From NCBI GenBank assembly GCA_001029735.1, contig CP011213.1, forward strand, positions 848,298 to 912,297: a stretch of DNA of 64,000 nt, given 5' to 3'. The DNA is from Berkelbacteria bacterium GW2011_GWE1_39_12. Its GTDB lineage: Bacteria > Patescibacteriota > UBA1384 > UBA12157. Below the pieces are notes generated by a model, which worked only from the letters and a program-made list of their open reading frames with translations, did no database searches and was not told the origin of the DNA. Position numbers and translations under genes: made by a program. This document shows, piece by piece, positions 27,903-36,061 of this stretch (within the stretch, counting starts at the first letter, position 1; every line of letters begins with the position of its first letter).

Positions 27903-27977
27903 GGTGGACCTGAGGAGACTCGAACTCCTTACCTCAGCAATGCGAATGCTGCGCTCTACCAGATGAGCTACAGGCCC
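27903..27977 (-). tRNA. tRNA-Ala (anticodon CGC), CCA encoded
   Basis: RC GGGCCTGTAGCTCATCTGGTAGAGCGCAGCATTCGCATTGCTGAGGTAAGGAGTTCGAGTCTCCTCAGGTCCACCA; G3:U70; anticodon loop UUCGCAU. Confidence 0.85.
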
Positions 27978-28105
27978 ACAGCTTTATTGACAATGCTAAT
28001 ACCTTTAGGCGATTTGAACTACTGGCCCACAGGTATATGTTGGCACGCATGCTGTGCTCCAGAATGCCAACCTTACTTTTCAGTTGGCAGACGAGCTACA
28101 GGCCC
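27978..28105 (-). pseudogene. two tandem degenerate tRNA-Ala-derived fragments (GGGCCAGTAG-TTCAAATCGCC; GGGCCTGTAGCTCGTCTG...+insert...TCTGGAGCACAGCATGCGTGCC)
   Basis: The 5' 13-18 nt of the tRNA-Ala(CGC) (GGGCCTGTAGCTC) recur at 28093-28105 and, degenerate, at 28018-28028. The remaining segments align loosely to D-arm/anticodon or T-arm portions. They cannot be folded into a complete cloverleaf. Confidence 0.45.
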
Positions 28106-28140
28106 ATTTCTGGTTCCTCAGTATATTTTCTTTGCGGCGA

Positions 28141-28160
28141 GAATACCGCGAAGCGGTATC
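28141..28160. other. palindromic hairpin GAATACCGC-GAA-GCGGTATC downstream of tRNA-Leu
   Basis: Near-perfect 8-9 bp inverted repeat next to the tRNA 3' end; no adjacent U-run on the minus strand. Confidence 0.3.
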
Positions 28161-28178
28161 AAAAATCACTTTTATTTT

Positions 28179-28264
28179 TGGTGCCCGAGGCGAGAATCGA
28201 ACTCGCATGAGCCGAAGCTCACAGCATTTTGAGTGCTGCGTGTCTACCGTTCCACCACCCGGGC
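28179..28264 (-). tRNA. tRNA-Leu (anticodon CAA), class II with long variable arm, CCA encoded
   Basis: RC GCCCGGGTGGTGGAACGGTAGACACGCAGCACTCAAAATGCTGTGAGCTTCGGCTCATGCGAGTTCGATTCTCGCCTCGGGCACCA; anticodon loop CUCAAAA. Confidence 0.85.
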
Positions 28265-28370
28265 AATAGCTGCTTATGTATACTCAATTTATACCATACA
28301 ATTGAGTAAAATTCAATCGTATAAGGATCGCATTTCCATTTTAGTATATTTTGATTTACAATAAAAATAA

Positions 28371-29216
28371 GTGGAGGGGATTTTGAATAATCCTGTTTTT
28401 GACGAGAACGATCTAAAAACATTTTTTAGTAGCAACGACACAGAAAAGAAAGATTCTGATTTTGTTGTTATGCAAAAAGAACCGGCAAAACAAAAACCGG
28501 TTGAGGTTGAATTAAAACTTGAAAATGACAATAAAGTCTTTCCAGTACCTCCGCCACCGCCACCTCCGGGCGCTTTAAGAAAAGTCGAAAACTCTTTCGT
28601 TGACAAACTAGAATTCAGACCTAAAAGCACTTTCCAAACAATCCTAAAATTTTTGGGTACTTTTGTATTAATTTTCATCATTTCTTTTACCATTATTAAT
28701 GGCGCTGCTCTAATACAAAAGATGAAATACTTTTATGCAACGGATTTTCGCAACCAATCATGGGCCGCAAATGCCACTATCCCGACAGCTTATTTGAATC
28801 AAAGTAGAATAATCATACCTAAAATTCATGTTGATGCTCCAATTAACTGGAATGTAAAAGAAGACGATATATTAAAGAGCCTCGAAAATGGCGTGGCTCA
28901 TTATCAAGATACCGCCAAACCAGGGCAAATCGGTAATATTTTCATAACCGGACACTCTTCTTACTACATCTGGTCAAAGGGCAGTTACAAAGACGTTTTT
29001 GCTTTGCTGGACAAACTTTCTGCCGGAGATAAGATTTATGTCCAATACAACGGAGCTAACTTCATTTATGAGGTGACAAACGCTCAAATCGTTAGTCCAA
29101 ATAATCTCACAGTATTAAATCCAACTAATGATAAAACTTTAAGTCTTATGACTTGTACGCCAGTTGGCACGAACTTAAAAAGATTGATTATCACTGCTAA
29201 ACAGGTAGCGAACTAG
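28371..29216 (+). CDS. sortase-family transpeptidase (TLxTC active-site motif) with N-terminal polyproline linker and TM segment
   Basis: ...LSLMTCTPVGT... catalytic Cys motif, conserved His region ...IFITGHSS..., and PPPPPPP run. GTG start after GGAGGGG. Confidence 0.8.
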   Translation: MEGILNNPVFDENDLKTFFSSNDTEKKDSDFVVMQKEPAKQKPVEVELKLENDNKVFPVPPPPPPPGALRKVENSFVDKLEFRPKSTFQTILKFLGTFVLIFIISFTIINGAALIQKMKYFYATDFRNQSWAANATIPTAYLNQSRIIIPKIHVDAPINWNVKEDDILKSLENGVAHYQDTAKPGQIGNIFITGHSSYYIWSKGSYKDVFALLDKLSAGDKIYVQYNGANFIYEVTNAQIVSPNNLTVLNPTNDKTLSLMTCTPVGTNLKRLIITAKQVAN

Positions 29217-29219
29217 AAT

Positions 29220-29960
29220 TCATCTTATTTGAGCTTGATATACTTTATCTTTCAATATATATGAAAGAGTATTTGAGTTTATCGACATTATAATTGGCTC
29301 TATTGAGTCGAACTTAATTATTAAATTATCATTACTACCGTCGGGGAAAATCACGTGAATTCCATCGCTTAATTGAACTAAAAATTGACTTGCGGACGAA
29401 TCATATACAGCTGAAATTATTTCTTGACTAAATCTTGTAATAAGCTTGTCGTTCTGCCAAAGCTCATTTTTTATAATAGCAAATTGAGTAGTATCGACAA
29501 TATTATCACTTTTAATTTTATTTATAGTTTTTATATCACTAACTATTTCTTTAGGCTTTATATTTTGCTTGATCAAATTAATATCATTAACCATAACTGC
29601 TTGGCCACCATTTAACTGGAAAGATTTTTGATAGCTAAAGAAACCCTCTTTTTCTATTTTAACCGAGTAAGAGCCGGGGAAAAGTTGAGGAAATTTGGCT
29701 GGTAGTGTTACGGTTTTTTCTTTTCCATTAATCGTAACCTTAACCGGTTCTGTGCTACCATAAATTACGATCATACCGGTTTTTTCCACTTTAAAATTTT
29801 TATAGTTGAGATGATAACCGTTAGCAACGAGTACTAAAAGTGAAGCAAAAAAAATAAAGGAAGCTACTAGAACTATCCAAAATATACCAAAATAAAATTG
29901 TTTTCTTCCGACCTTTTTCATTTGTATCTCTGAGACTATTGTATTAAAATTAAATCGCAA
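29220..29960 (-). CDS. membrane-anchored PEGA-domain-like protein (start possibly at MKKVGRK, 29918)
   Basis: N-terminal TM helix then ...VIYGSTEPVKVTINGKEKTVTLPAKFPQLFPGSYSVKIEKEGF..., resembling a PEGA repeat. Confidence 0.5.
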   Translation of the reverse strand: MRFNFNTIVSEIQMKKVGRKQFYFGIFWIVLVASFIFFASLLVLVANGYHLNYKNFKVEKTGMIVIYGSTEPVKVTINGKEKTVTLPAKFPQLFPGSYSVKIEKEGFFSYQKSFQLNGGQAVMVNDINLIKQNIKPKEIVSDIKTINKIKSDNIVDTTQFAIIKNELWQNDKLITRFSQEIISAVYDSSASQFLVQLSDGIHVIFPDGSNDNLIIKFDSIEPIIMSINSNTLSYILKDKVYQAQIR

Positions 29961-29998
29961 AGTAAATCACGACTTGAAAAAGGACCATAAAAACACTT

Positions 29999-31255
29999 AT
30001 GTCTAAATTTATTATTAATCAATCAAAAAATTTGATGGGTGAAATCAAAGTAATGGGAGCGAAGAACGCAGCTCTCAAAATGATTGCGGCGTCTGTTTTG
30101 ATTCCCGACAAGATTACGTTAAATAACGTACCCGATATCGTTGATATCCAAAATTTGCTCAATATTTTAACGGAAAACGGCGCAGTAATTAAGAGAATCG
30201 ATCACACACTAGAAATTGACACCAAAAACCTCAGCGATCAAAATCCTAATCCTAAATTAGTTAAAAAAATGCGCGGATCAATTGTTTTAATCGGTCCGTA
30301 TTTATCGAGATTTGGCAAAATATCAATTCCTCAACCAGGCGGCTGTTTAATCGGCGCCCGACCTATCGATACTCACCTGAAAGCTTTTGAAGATGTGGGT
30401 GCAAATATTACTTGTAACAATGAGTTTAATCACCTTGAGCTTAAAGAAAATATGGGTGGCGATGTAAAATTAGCCGAAGCTTCTGTCACTGCCACAGAAA
30501 ATATCATCATGTCACAAGTAATTGGCACGCAAAAAACAGTTATTTCCAATGCTGCTACCGAGCCTCAAATCGTTGATCTGGCTAATTTTTTGATTAAGGC
30601 TGGTGCAGAAATTTATGGCGCCGGTACAAGAACAATCGAAATTAAAGGCGTTGAAAAACTGCATTCGCTCGAATATAATGTTATGCCTGATCCTTTTGAA
30701 ACAAGCACTTTTGTTTGTTTGGCAGTTGTTACAGATAGTGAGCTTAAAATTACTTCATGTGAACCTAATCATATGTATCCTTTCCTTGATATCATTAAAG
30801 AAATCGGCGTCAACTTCGAAATAGGTGATGATTTTATTTTTGTTAGAAAATTACGCGGCAAGTTGAAACCCACTAAAATTGTTGCCGATATTCATCCTGG
30901 CTTTTCCACTGATATGCAGGCGCCAATTGGCTTGGTCTTAACTCAGGCTGACGGCGAAAGCTACATCTACGAAAAACTTTTTGAAAATCGGCTTGGTTAC
31001 TTAAATGAATTAAAAAAAATGGGTGCTAAAGTCGAAATAGTTAATAGTCATGAGGCTAAAATATTTGGGCCGACTCCGCTGCATGGTGCAAAAATCGACA
31101 CTTTAGATTTGAGAGCCGGAGCGACCGTTGTCTTGGCAGGTCTTGCAGCAGATGGCGAAACGGAAATTTCCAATATTGAAATTATCGACAGAGGATACGA
31201 AAAAATAGAAGAACGATTAAAAGCCTTGGGCGCACAGATCGAGAGAGTTGAATAA
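29999..31255 (+). CDS. murA: UDP-N-acetylglucosamine 1-carboxyvinyltransferase
   Basis: ...KVMGAKNAALKMIAAS..., ...QPGGCLIGARPIDTHL... MurA motifs; 418 aa. Confidence 0.9.
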   Translation: MSKFIINQSKNLMGEIKVMGAKNAALKMIAASVLIPDKITLNNVPDIVDIQNLLNILTENGAVIKRIDHTLEIDTKNLSDQNPNPKLVKKMRGSIVLIGPYLSRFGKISIPQPGGCLIGARPIDTHLKAFEDVGANITCNNEFNHLELKENMGGDVKLAEASVTATENIIMSQVIGTQKTVISNAATEPQIVDLANFLIKAGAEIYGAGTRTIEIKGVEKLHSLEYNVMPDPFETSTFVCLAVVTDSELKITSCEPNHMYPFLDIIKEIGVNFEIGDDFIFVRKLRGKLKPTKIVADIHPGFSTDMQAPIGLVLTQADGESYIYEKLFENRLGYLNELKKMGAKVEIVNSHEAKIFGPTPLHGAKIDTLDLRAGATVVLAGLAADGETEISNIEIIDRGYEKIEERLKALGAQIERVE

Positions 31256-32262
31256 TGATTTTAAGAAGGCTAGGCATCGACCTTGGCACAACTAACGTCC
31301 TTATTTACGTCCCAGACAAAGGCATTGTAATTAACGAGCCTTGTGTTGTGGGACTTGATGCTTCAGATAACAAAGTTATGTCTATCGGCAATGAAGCTAA
31401 AGAAATGCTGGGCAGAACTCCTGAAAGCATTATTGCCGCTCATCCTTTAAAAGAAGGTGTTATTGCCAACTTTCAAATTACCAAGGCCATGCTGAAATAT
31501 TTTATTAACAAGCTTGGTGGTAGAGTTAGAATCTTTAAGCCAGAAGTGATGGTAGCAATTCCAGCCGGTGTAACTTCAACCGAAAAGCGTGCCGTTGTCG
31601 ATGCCTGTATCGCCGCGGGTGCCAAAAATGCTTATGTAATCAAAGAGCCGATTGCCGCCGCCTTGGGCGCGGGGATTCCCATCGCAGCCGCCTCTGGAAA
31701 CATGATTATTGATATTGGTGGAGGAACCTCGGAAATTGCCGTAATTGCGCTTGGCGATATTGTTGCTTCGTCTTCAGTCCGAGTCGGCGGAAATAAAATG
31801 GATCAAGCAATTGCCAGTTTTATTAGAAAAAAATATAACTTAGTTATTGGCGAGTCAACCGCAGAAAACATTAAAATTAAAATTGGTTCAGCCTTGCCGT
31901 TAAAAAAAGAATTAACCATGGAAGTTTCGGGCTGCAATACTATCACCGGGCTACCCGAAAGTGTCATGGTTTCTTCTTCAGATGTCGTTATTGGTATTAG
32001 AGAAGTATTAACCGAAATAATCGCGGCAGTAAAACAAGTACTTCAACACACACCGCCAGAATTAGCTTCTGATATTATGGATAAAGGAGTAGTTATGACC
32101 GGTGGGGGATCACAGCTTCGTAGCTTAGACAAAATGTTAACAAAAGTTATCGGCGTACCATGCCAAACCGCTGAAGATCCGGTTTTATGCGTAGCTAAAG
32201 GCACCGGCATCGCCGTTGAGAATTTGGAATCATTTAAAAAATCTGTTTTGTGGGCAAGATAG
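31255..32262 (+). CDS. mreB: rod shape-determining protein MreB
   Basis: ...LGIDLGTTNVLIYV..., ...IIDIGGGTSEIAVI... actin-fold motifs; 335 aa. Start overlaps the murA stop. Confidence 0.9.
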   Translation: MILRRLGIDLGTTNVLIYVPDKGIVINEPCVVGLDASDNKVMSIGNEAKEMLGRTPESIIAAHPLKEGVIANFQITKAMLKYFINKLGGRVRIFKPEVMVAIPAGVTSTEKRAVVDACIAAGAKNAYVIKEPIAAALGAGIPIAAASGNMIIDIGGGTSEIAVIALGDIVASSSVRVGGNKMDQAIASFIRKKYNLVIGESTAENIKIKIGSALPLKKELTMEVSGCNTITGLPESVMVSSSDVVIGIREVLTEIIAAVKQVLQHTPPELASDIMDKGVVMTGGGSQLRSLDKMLTKVIGVPCQTAEDPVLCVAKGTGIAVENLESFKKSVLWAR

Positions 32263-32274
32263 AAAAGGATAACA

Positions 32275-33360
32275 TTGACTATTGGTATTGATACAAGCAG
32301 AGCGGTAAAAGAACATTTAACCGGGACAGAGTATTATTCAATTGAATTGATTAAGTCTTTTATGAAACTAGATAAAGAAGACCGGTTTTTATTGTATTCG
32401 CCAAAAGATCCTCGTCCGAACCTCGGACATTTGCCAGAAAATTTTCATACAAAAATAATGCCTTTCCCAAAATTTTGGAGTCAAGTTCGACTTTCAATTG
32501 AAATGCTTTCTAATAAACCTGATGTTCTGTTTGTCCCGGCACACTTAGTCCCGATTATTCATCCTAAAAATACCGTCACAACTATTCATGACCTTGGTTT
32601 TAAACATTTTCCAGAGTTATATCCAGCCAAAGAGCTTCTTTATCACAATTGGGGCATGAATTTTTCGGTAAAACACGCCAAAAAAATCATCACCGTTTCC
32701 GAATACACCAAGAAAGATCTACTTGAAACCTATAATATCGAACCGACCAAAATTGACGTTGTTTGGTCTGGCGTCGATTTAGAACGCTTTAAACCAGACG
32801 AAACTGTCAAAAAGAAACCATATATTCTGTTTATCGGCCGACTGGAAGAAAAAAAGAACATCGTAAATATGATCAAGGCCTATGCATTTTTACGCAAAGA
32901 GCAGCACGTAACACACCAATTAGTTTTAGCGGGCAGCCCTGGATTTGGTTATGAAAATATTCAGAAAGAGATTGAAGGCTTACCCGCTGAAATTCAAAAA
33001 GATATTATTCAAACGGGTTATATCAGCGAAGAAGAATACATTAAACGATTGCGCGAAGCGGATATTTTCTTGTTTTGCACTAATTTTGAAGGATTTGGCT
33101 TCCCAGTGATCGAGGCCATGGCTACTGGTACACCAGTTGTCGCTTCCAATGTAACATCGATTCCGGAAATTGCCGGTAATGCCGCCATGCTAGTTAATCC
33201 TAAAAAACCAATTGAAATTGGCGCTGCTTTAAGCAGACTAATAAATAACAAAGGATTAAAAAAATCTTTTATATTAAAAGGTCGTGTAAGATCAAAAATC
33301 TTTACTTGGGAACAAACTGGCCAGAAAACTCTAGAAATTATTAAAAAAGCATCACAGTAG
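32275..33360 (+). CDS. glycosyltransferase family 4 (GT1/GT-B fold)
   Basis: ...[13 protein letters not shown]... and ...[28 protein letters not shown]... motifs. Confidence 0.8.
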   Translation: MTIGIDTSRAVKEHLTGTEYYSIELIKSFMKLDKEDRFLLYSPKDPRPNLGHLPENFHTKIMPFPKFWSQVRLSIEMLSNKPDVLFVPAHLVPIIHPKNTVTTIHDLGFKHFPELYPAKELLYHNWGMNFSVKHAKKIITVSEYTKKDLLETYNIEPTKIDVVWSGVDLERFKPDETVKKKPYILFIGRLEEKKNIVNMIKAYAFLRKEQHVTHQLVLAGSPGFGYENIQKEIEGLPAEIQKDIIQTGYISEEEYIKRLREADIFLFCTNFEGFGFPVIEAMATGTPVVASNVTSIPEIAGNAAMLVNPKKPIEIGAALSRLINNKGLKKSFILKGRVRSKIFTWEQTGQKTLEIIKKASQ

Positions 33361-33426
33361 AGTTATTTTGTATTCAAAAATAATTTCATATATAATCAAA
33401 TCAAGATGAACATATTAGGTATTTAC

Positions 33427-33528
33427 ATGTCAACGAATGTACTTGCAGGCATTGGAATTACTGCTGTATTAGTTTTAGGGACAATTTTATTTTCACTTTC
33501 AAGAAGAAGTCGAAACCCTAATATTTAA
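33427..33528 (+). CDS. small hydrophobic peptide (33 aa; alternative start 33406)
   Basis: MSTNVLAGIGITAVLVLGTILFSLSRRSRNPNI with a single TM helix; below the track cutoff. Confidence 0.3.
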   Translation: MSTNVLAGIGITAVLVLGTILFSLSRRSRNPNI

Positions 33529-33538
33529 TGGGAGGAAC

Positions 33539-33694
33539 ATGAAAAAGATCGGAGATCTCCTGGTAGCTTTATCGGCCATAGCCGTAATCTTTTCGATTAT
33601 CGGTGCGTTTGGTAATGATATCTGGCTAGCCTCAACGCAGTGGATTTTAATCGCTGCCGTTTTAGGCATTTATGCTTTGTATTTCAAAAAATAA
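33539..33694 (+). CDS. small membrane protein (51 aa, two TM segments)
   Basis: GGGAGG RBS 5 nt upstream of ATG; MKKIGDLLVALSAIAVIFSIIGAFGNDIWLASTQWILIAAVLGIYALYFKK. Confidence 0.45.
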   Translation: MKKIGDLLVALSAIAVIFSIIGAFGNDIWLASTQWILIAAVLGIYALYFKK

Positions 33695-33707
33695 AATGGA
33701 GGGGTAA

Positions 33708-34178
33708 ATGAAATTTCGCAAAATTTTATTCGTAGTTTTAGGAATCCTAGTTATTGCTGCAATCGTAACTGTGGTTTGGTCTTTGGTTCAGAATAAAAAT
33801 TTGAAGAATGAGCAGACAGCGATTCGAAATGTTAATGTTCAGTCACTAACATCGGATGATGAAAAAAAGGTTGGCACTATTATTTACGCCGGCGCTAAAA
33901 AAGATGGCGAAGTCGTCACAACAAATGGCAATCAAACTATTAATTTAACTTCAACTGACTCAGTTGACGGCGCTTTTAATATCTATTATCAGGATGTTCT
34001 AAACCGCTATAAGACTTATAGCGTCAACAAAAAAGAAGTTAGTAAGAGTGACGCATTAAACAAAATCTCTCGAGTTATTACTGTTAGCGGACAAACCGGA
34101 AAAATCACGATTACAGTTTGGGGCGACAATAAGGGTGTAACTCATATCCAAATTGTAACTACTTCTGACTTTAAGTAA
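33708..34178 (+). CDS. hypothetical membrane-anchored protein
   Basis: N-terminal TM helix followed by a 130-aa T/N/S-rich domain; GGAGGGG RBS. Confidence 0.5.
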   Translation: MKFRKILFVVLGILVIAAIVTVVWSLVQNKNLKNEQTAIRNVNVQSLTSDDEKKVGTIIYAGAKKDGEVVTTNGNQTINLTSTDSVDGAFNIYYQDVLNRYKTYSVNKKEVSKSDALNKISRVITVSGQTGKITITVWGDNKGVTHIQIVTTSDFK

Positions 34179-34216
34179 TCATTGGAATACAAACCCTTTT
34201 CCCTTAGAATGACTCT

Positions 34217-34930
34217 ATGAAGAAAATCTTAGGCGTTGCAATTTCCGAATACTCTTTTTCAGAAGTGATGCAAAAAATCACTGGTTTTTTGCAATCCAAT
34301 AATTGTCATCTGATTGCGACAGTTAATCCGGAATTTGTGGTCGCGGCTCAGAAGGATGAAGAATTTAAAAATATCTTAAACAACGCCGATTTAAATGTGC
34401 CAGATGGTTTTGGCCTAAAATGTGCTGCCGTATGGAAGAGAATAAAGATAGGGGAGAGAATAACTGGTGTAGATTTAACCTGGGAGATGGCCAAGATTGC
34501 TTCAGAAAAAGGTTATTCAATTTATCTACTAGGCGGTAAAAAAGGCGTGGCAGAAATGACTGCCAGGAGATTAAGGTATCTCTACCATAATCTCAAAATT
34601 GCCGGTACGTATGCCGGTAGTCCTGAAGAAGAGGGGATTATTCAAAAAATTAACGATTCAAAAGTCGATATTTTATTAGTCGCCTTTGGCGCGCCAAAAC
34701 AAGAAAAGTTTATCGCGCAACATAAAAATGAGCTCCAATGTAAAGTAGCCATGGGCGTCGGCGGCACTTTTGATTATATTTCGGGCGCTTTACCGCGTGC
34801 GCCAAAATTCATGAGGGCTTTGGGACTAGAGTGGCTTTACAGATTATTCAAACAACCCTCAAGGATTGGCCGAATCTATAACGCCGTCATTAAATTTCCA
34901 ATATTAGTAGTTTTTTCTCGTTCTAAATAA
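34217..34930 (+). CDS. WecB/TagA/CpsF family glycosyltransferase (GT26, N-acetylmannosaminyltransferase-like)
   Basis: ...ATVNPEFVV...ADLNVPDGFGL...YLLGGKKGVAE...FGAPKQEKFI... family pattern. Confidence 0.8.
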   Translation: MKKILGVAISEYSFSEVMQKITGFLQSNNCHLIATVNPEFVVAAQKDEEFKNILNNADLNVPDGFGLKCAAVWKRIKIGERITGVDLTWEMAKIASEKGYSIYLLGGKKGVAEMTARRLRYLYHNLKIAGTYAGSPEEEGIIQKINDSKVDILLVAFGAPKQEKFIAQHKNELQCKVAMGVGGTFDYISGALPRAPKFMRALGLEWLYRLFKQPSRIGRIYNAVIKFPILVVFSRSK

Positions 34931-34933
34931 GTT

Positions 34934-35197
34934 CTAGCAATCTATGTCAGGCGAGACTTGGCCTGTTTTATAGCGCAAATAGATAGTGGTTATTAATCCA
35001 ATCAGTAATAATGCTGACATTATAATTAATATAATTTTATTTTTCCGTGTGAACGCATTTTCTTTTATCGCAATCTGTTCGACGATAAAAACGAGTGCAA
35101 TAACAATAGTTACAGATCCTAACCCCCAGCCAATCCAGTTAATTATCAACAGCCATAATGGCGGCGTAAATATGCATTTCATAGTTGTATTATTCAT
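34934..35197 (-). CDS. small hypothetical membrane protein (87 aa)
   Basis: Three hydrophobic helices; weak evidence beyond ORF length. Confidence 0.35.
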   Translation of the reverse strand: MNNTTMKCIFTPPLWLLIINWIGWGLGSVTIVIALVFIVEQIAIKENAFTRKNKIILIIMSALLLIGLITTIYLRYKTGQVSPDIDC

Positions 35198-35242
35198 TAA
35201 GTCTCCTTGTTCAAATATATTTTACCATCTTTTTTGAGTTTT

Positions 35243-35268
35243 AAAAAACCGGGCAATTAACCCGGTTT
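35243..35268. terminator. bidirectional intrinsic terminator
   Basis: AAAAAA-CCGGGC-aattaa-CCCGG-TTT; serves the 35278..36042 gene on the minus strand. Confidence 0.65.
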
Positions 35269-35277
35269 GAGGAACTA

Positions 35278-36042
35278 TTAGCTCATGATGATCTCGGCCG
35301 CTCTCTTGAGGACGAGGATCTTTTCTGTGATGCGATCCGATGTCTCAAGCGCATTGAGATCGACAGCTATATCTTCCCGCTGAAGATCCTCGATCTCCGT
35401 CAACAGCTGGTTAATTGCCAGCTCACGGGTAAGGATTTGATTGGCAATGGCCTGCTTAGTATCCAGCGCCATTTGTGCATTAGTTGCCAAAGCTTCTGAC
35501 AGCTCAGCGATTCTACGATCAATTGAAGCAGTCGGTGATTCGACAACAACGACAGCCATTTCAACAACCGTTTCCGGCGGCTCCTCCACAGGAGCTTGTT
35601 CGGCTGGAGGTTCAACTGGAGCAGGCGGTTCGGTTGATTCAACCGGCGGCTCGACCGTATCGGTAGGAGCAGGCGGCACCACGTCTGTTTGCGTGGACTT
35701 GGCCGTCTTTGGCTTCTTAGGCAATTGGCTCGCCTTCACCGTCTTGATTTCGATTGGCGTGTCGCCGAAGAATGCAACGAGATCTATGACATCGCCGTTA
35801 CGATAGGCTTCGCCGTTGATTAAAACTTCGGCAGCATCTAGCCGGAGCTTGGCGTAATGCTTGATCAACTTATAACTGCTTCTAACATCGGGCTCATGCT
35901 CGATGAAGCCGCCCTTGCGCAGGTATGTCATGTAAACCGAAATGTTGCCTCGGGTCTTTTGTGTGATCACCATCAGAGCGTCCGTGTCGACCAGCCCGTA
36001 TTTATCGAACTTGAGCTGATTACCCAATGCACTGTAGAGCAT
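35278..36042 (-). CDS. hypothetical protein with central proline-rich linker and C-terminal coiled coil; higher-GC islet (start chosen at internal Met 36042, just downstream of the sigma-factor stop)
   Basis: The longer ORF (to 36258) overlaps the sigma gene by ~200 nt in another frame. MLYSALGNQLKFDKYG... start removes the overlap. Contains PPAPTDTVEPPVESTEPPAPVEPPAEQAPVEEPPE linker. Confidence 0.45.
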   Translation of the reverse strand: MLYSALGNQLKFDKYGLVDTDALMVITQKTRGNISVYMTYLRKGGFIEHEPDVRSSYKLIKHYAKLRLDAAEVLINGEAYRNGDVIDLVAFFGDTPIEIKTVKASQLPKKPKTAKSTQTDVVPPAPTDTVEPPVESTEPPAPVEPPAEQAPVEEPPETVVEMAVVVVESPTASIDRRIAELSEALATNAQMALDTKQAIANQILTRELAINQLLTEIEDLQREDIAVDLNALETSDRITEKILVLKRAAEIIMS

Positions 36043-36061
36043 AATACCAGTGGGAGTAATT

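Noticed and set aside
28031-28105. tRNA with an intron or permuted tRNA in the tRNA-like fragment
   Set aside because: No 3' acceptor strand complementary to GGGCCTG and no intact T-arm could be found. The segment is too short for a group I intron. It is better explained as a decayed partial duplicate.
27897-28269. Plus-strand ORFs of 111 and 71 aa in the ORF track across 27897-28269
   Set aside because: They run straight through tRNA-Ala(CGC), the tRNA-like fragments and tRNA-Leu(CAA) on the opposite strand. They have no RBS and an odd composition, so they are spurious.
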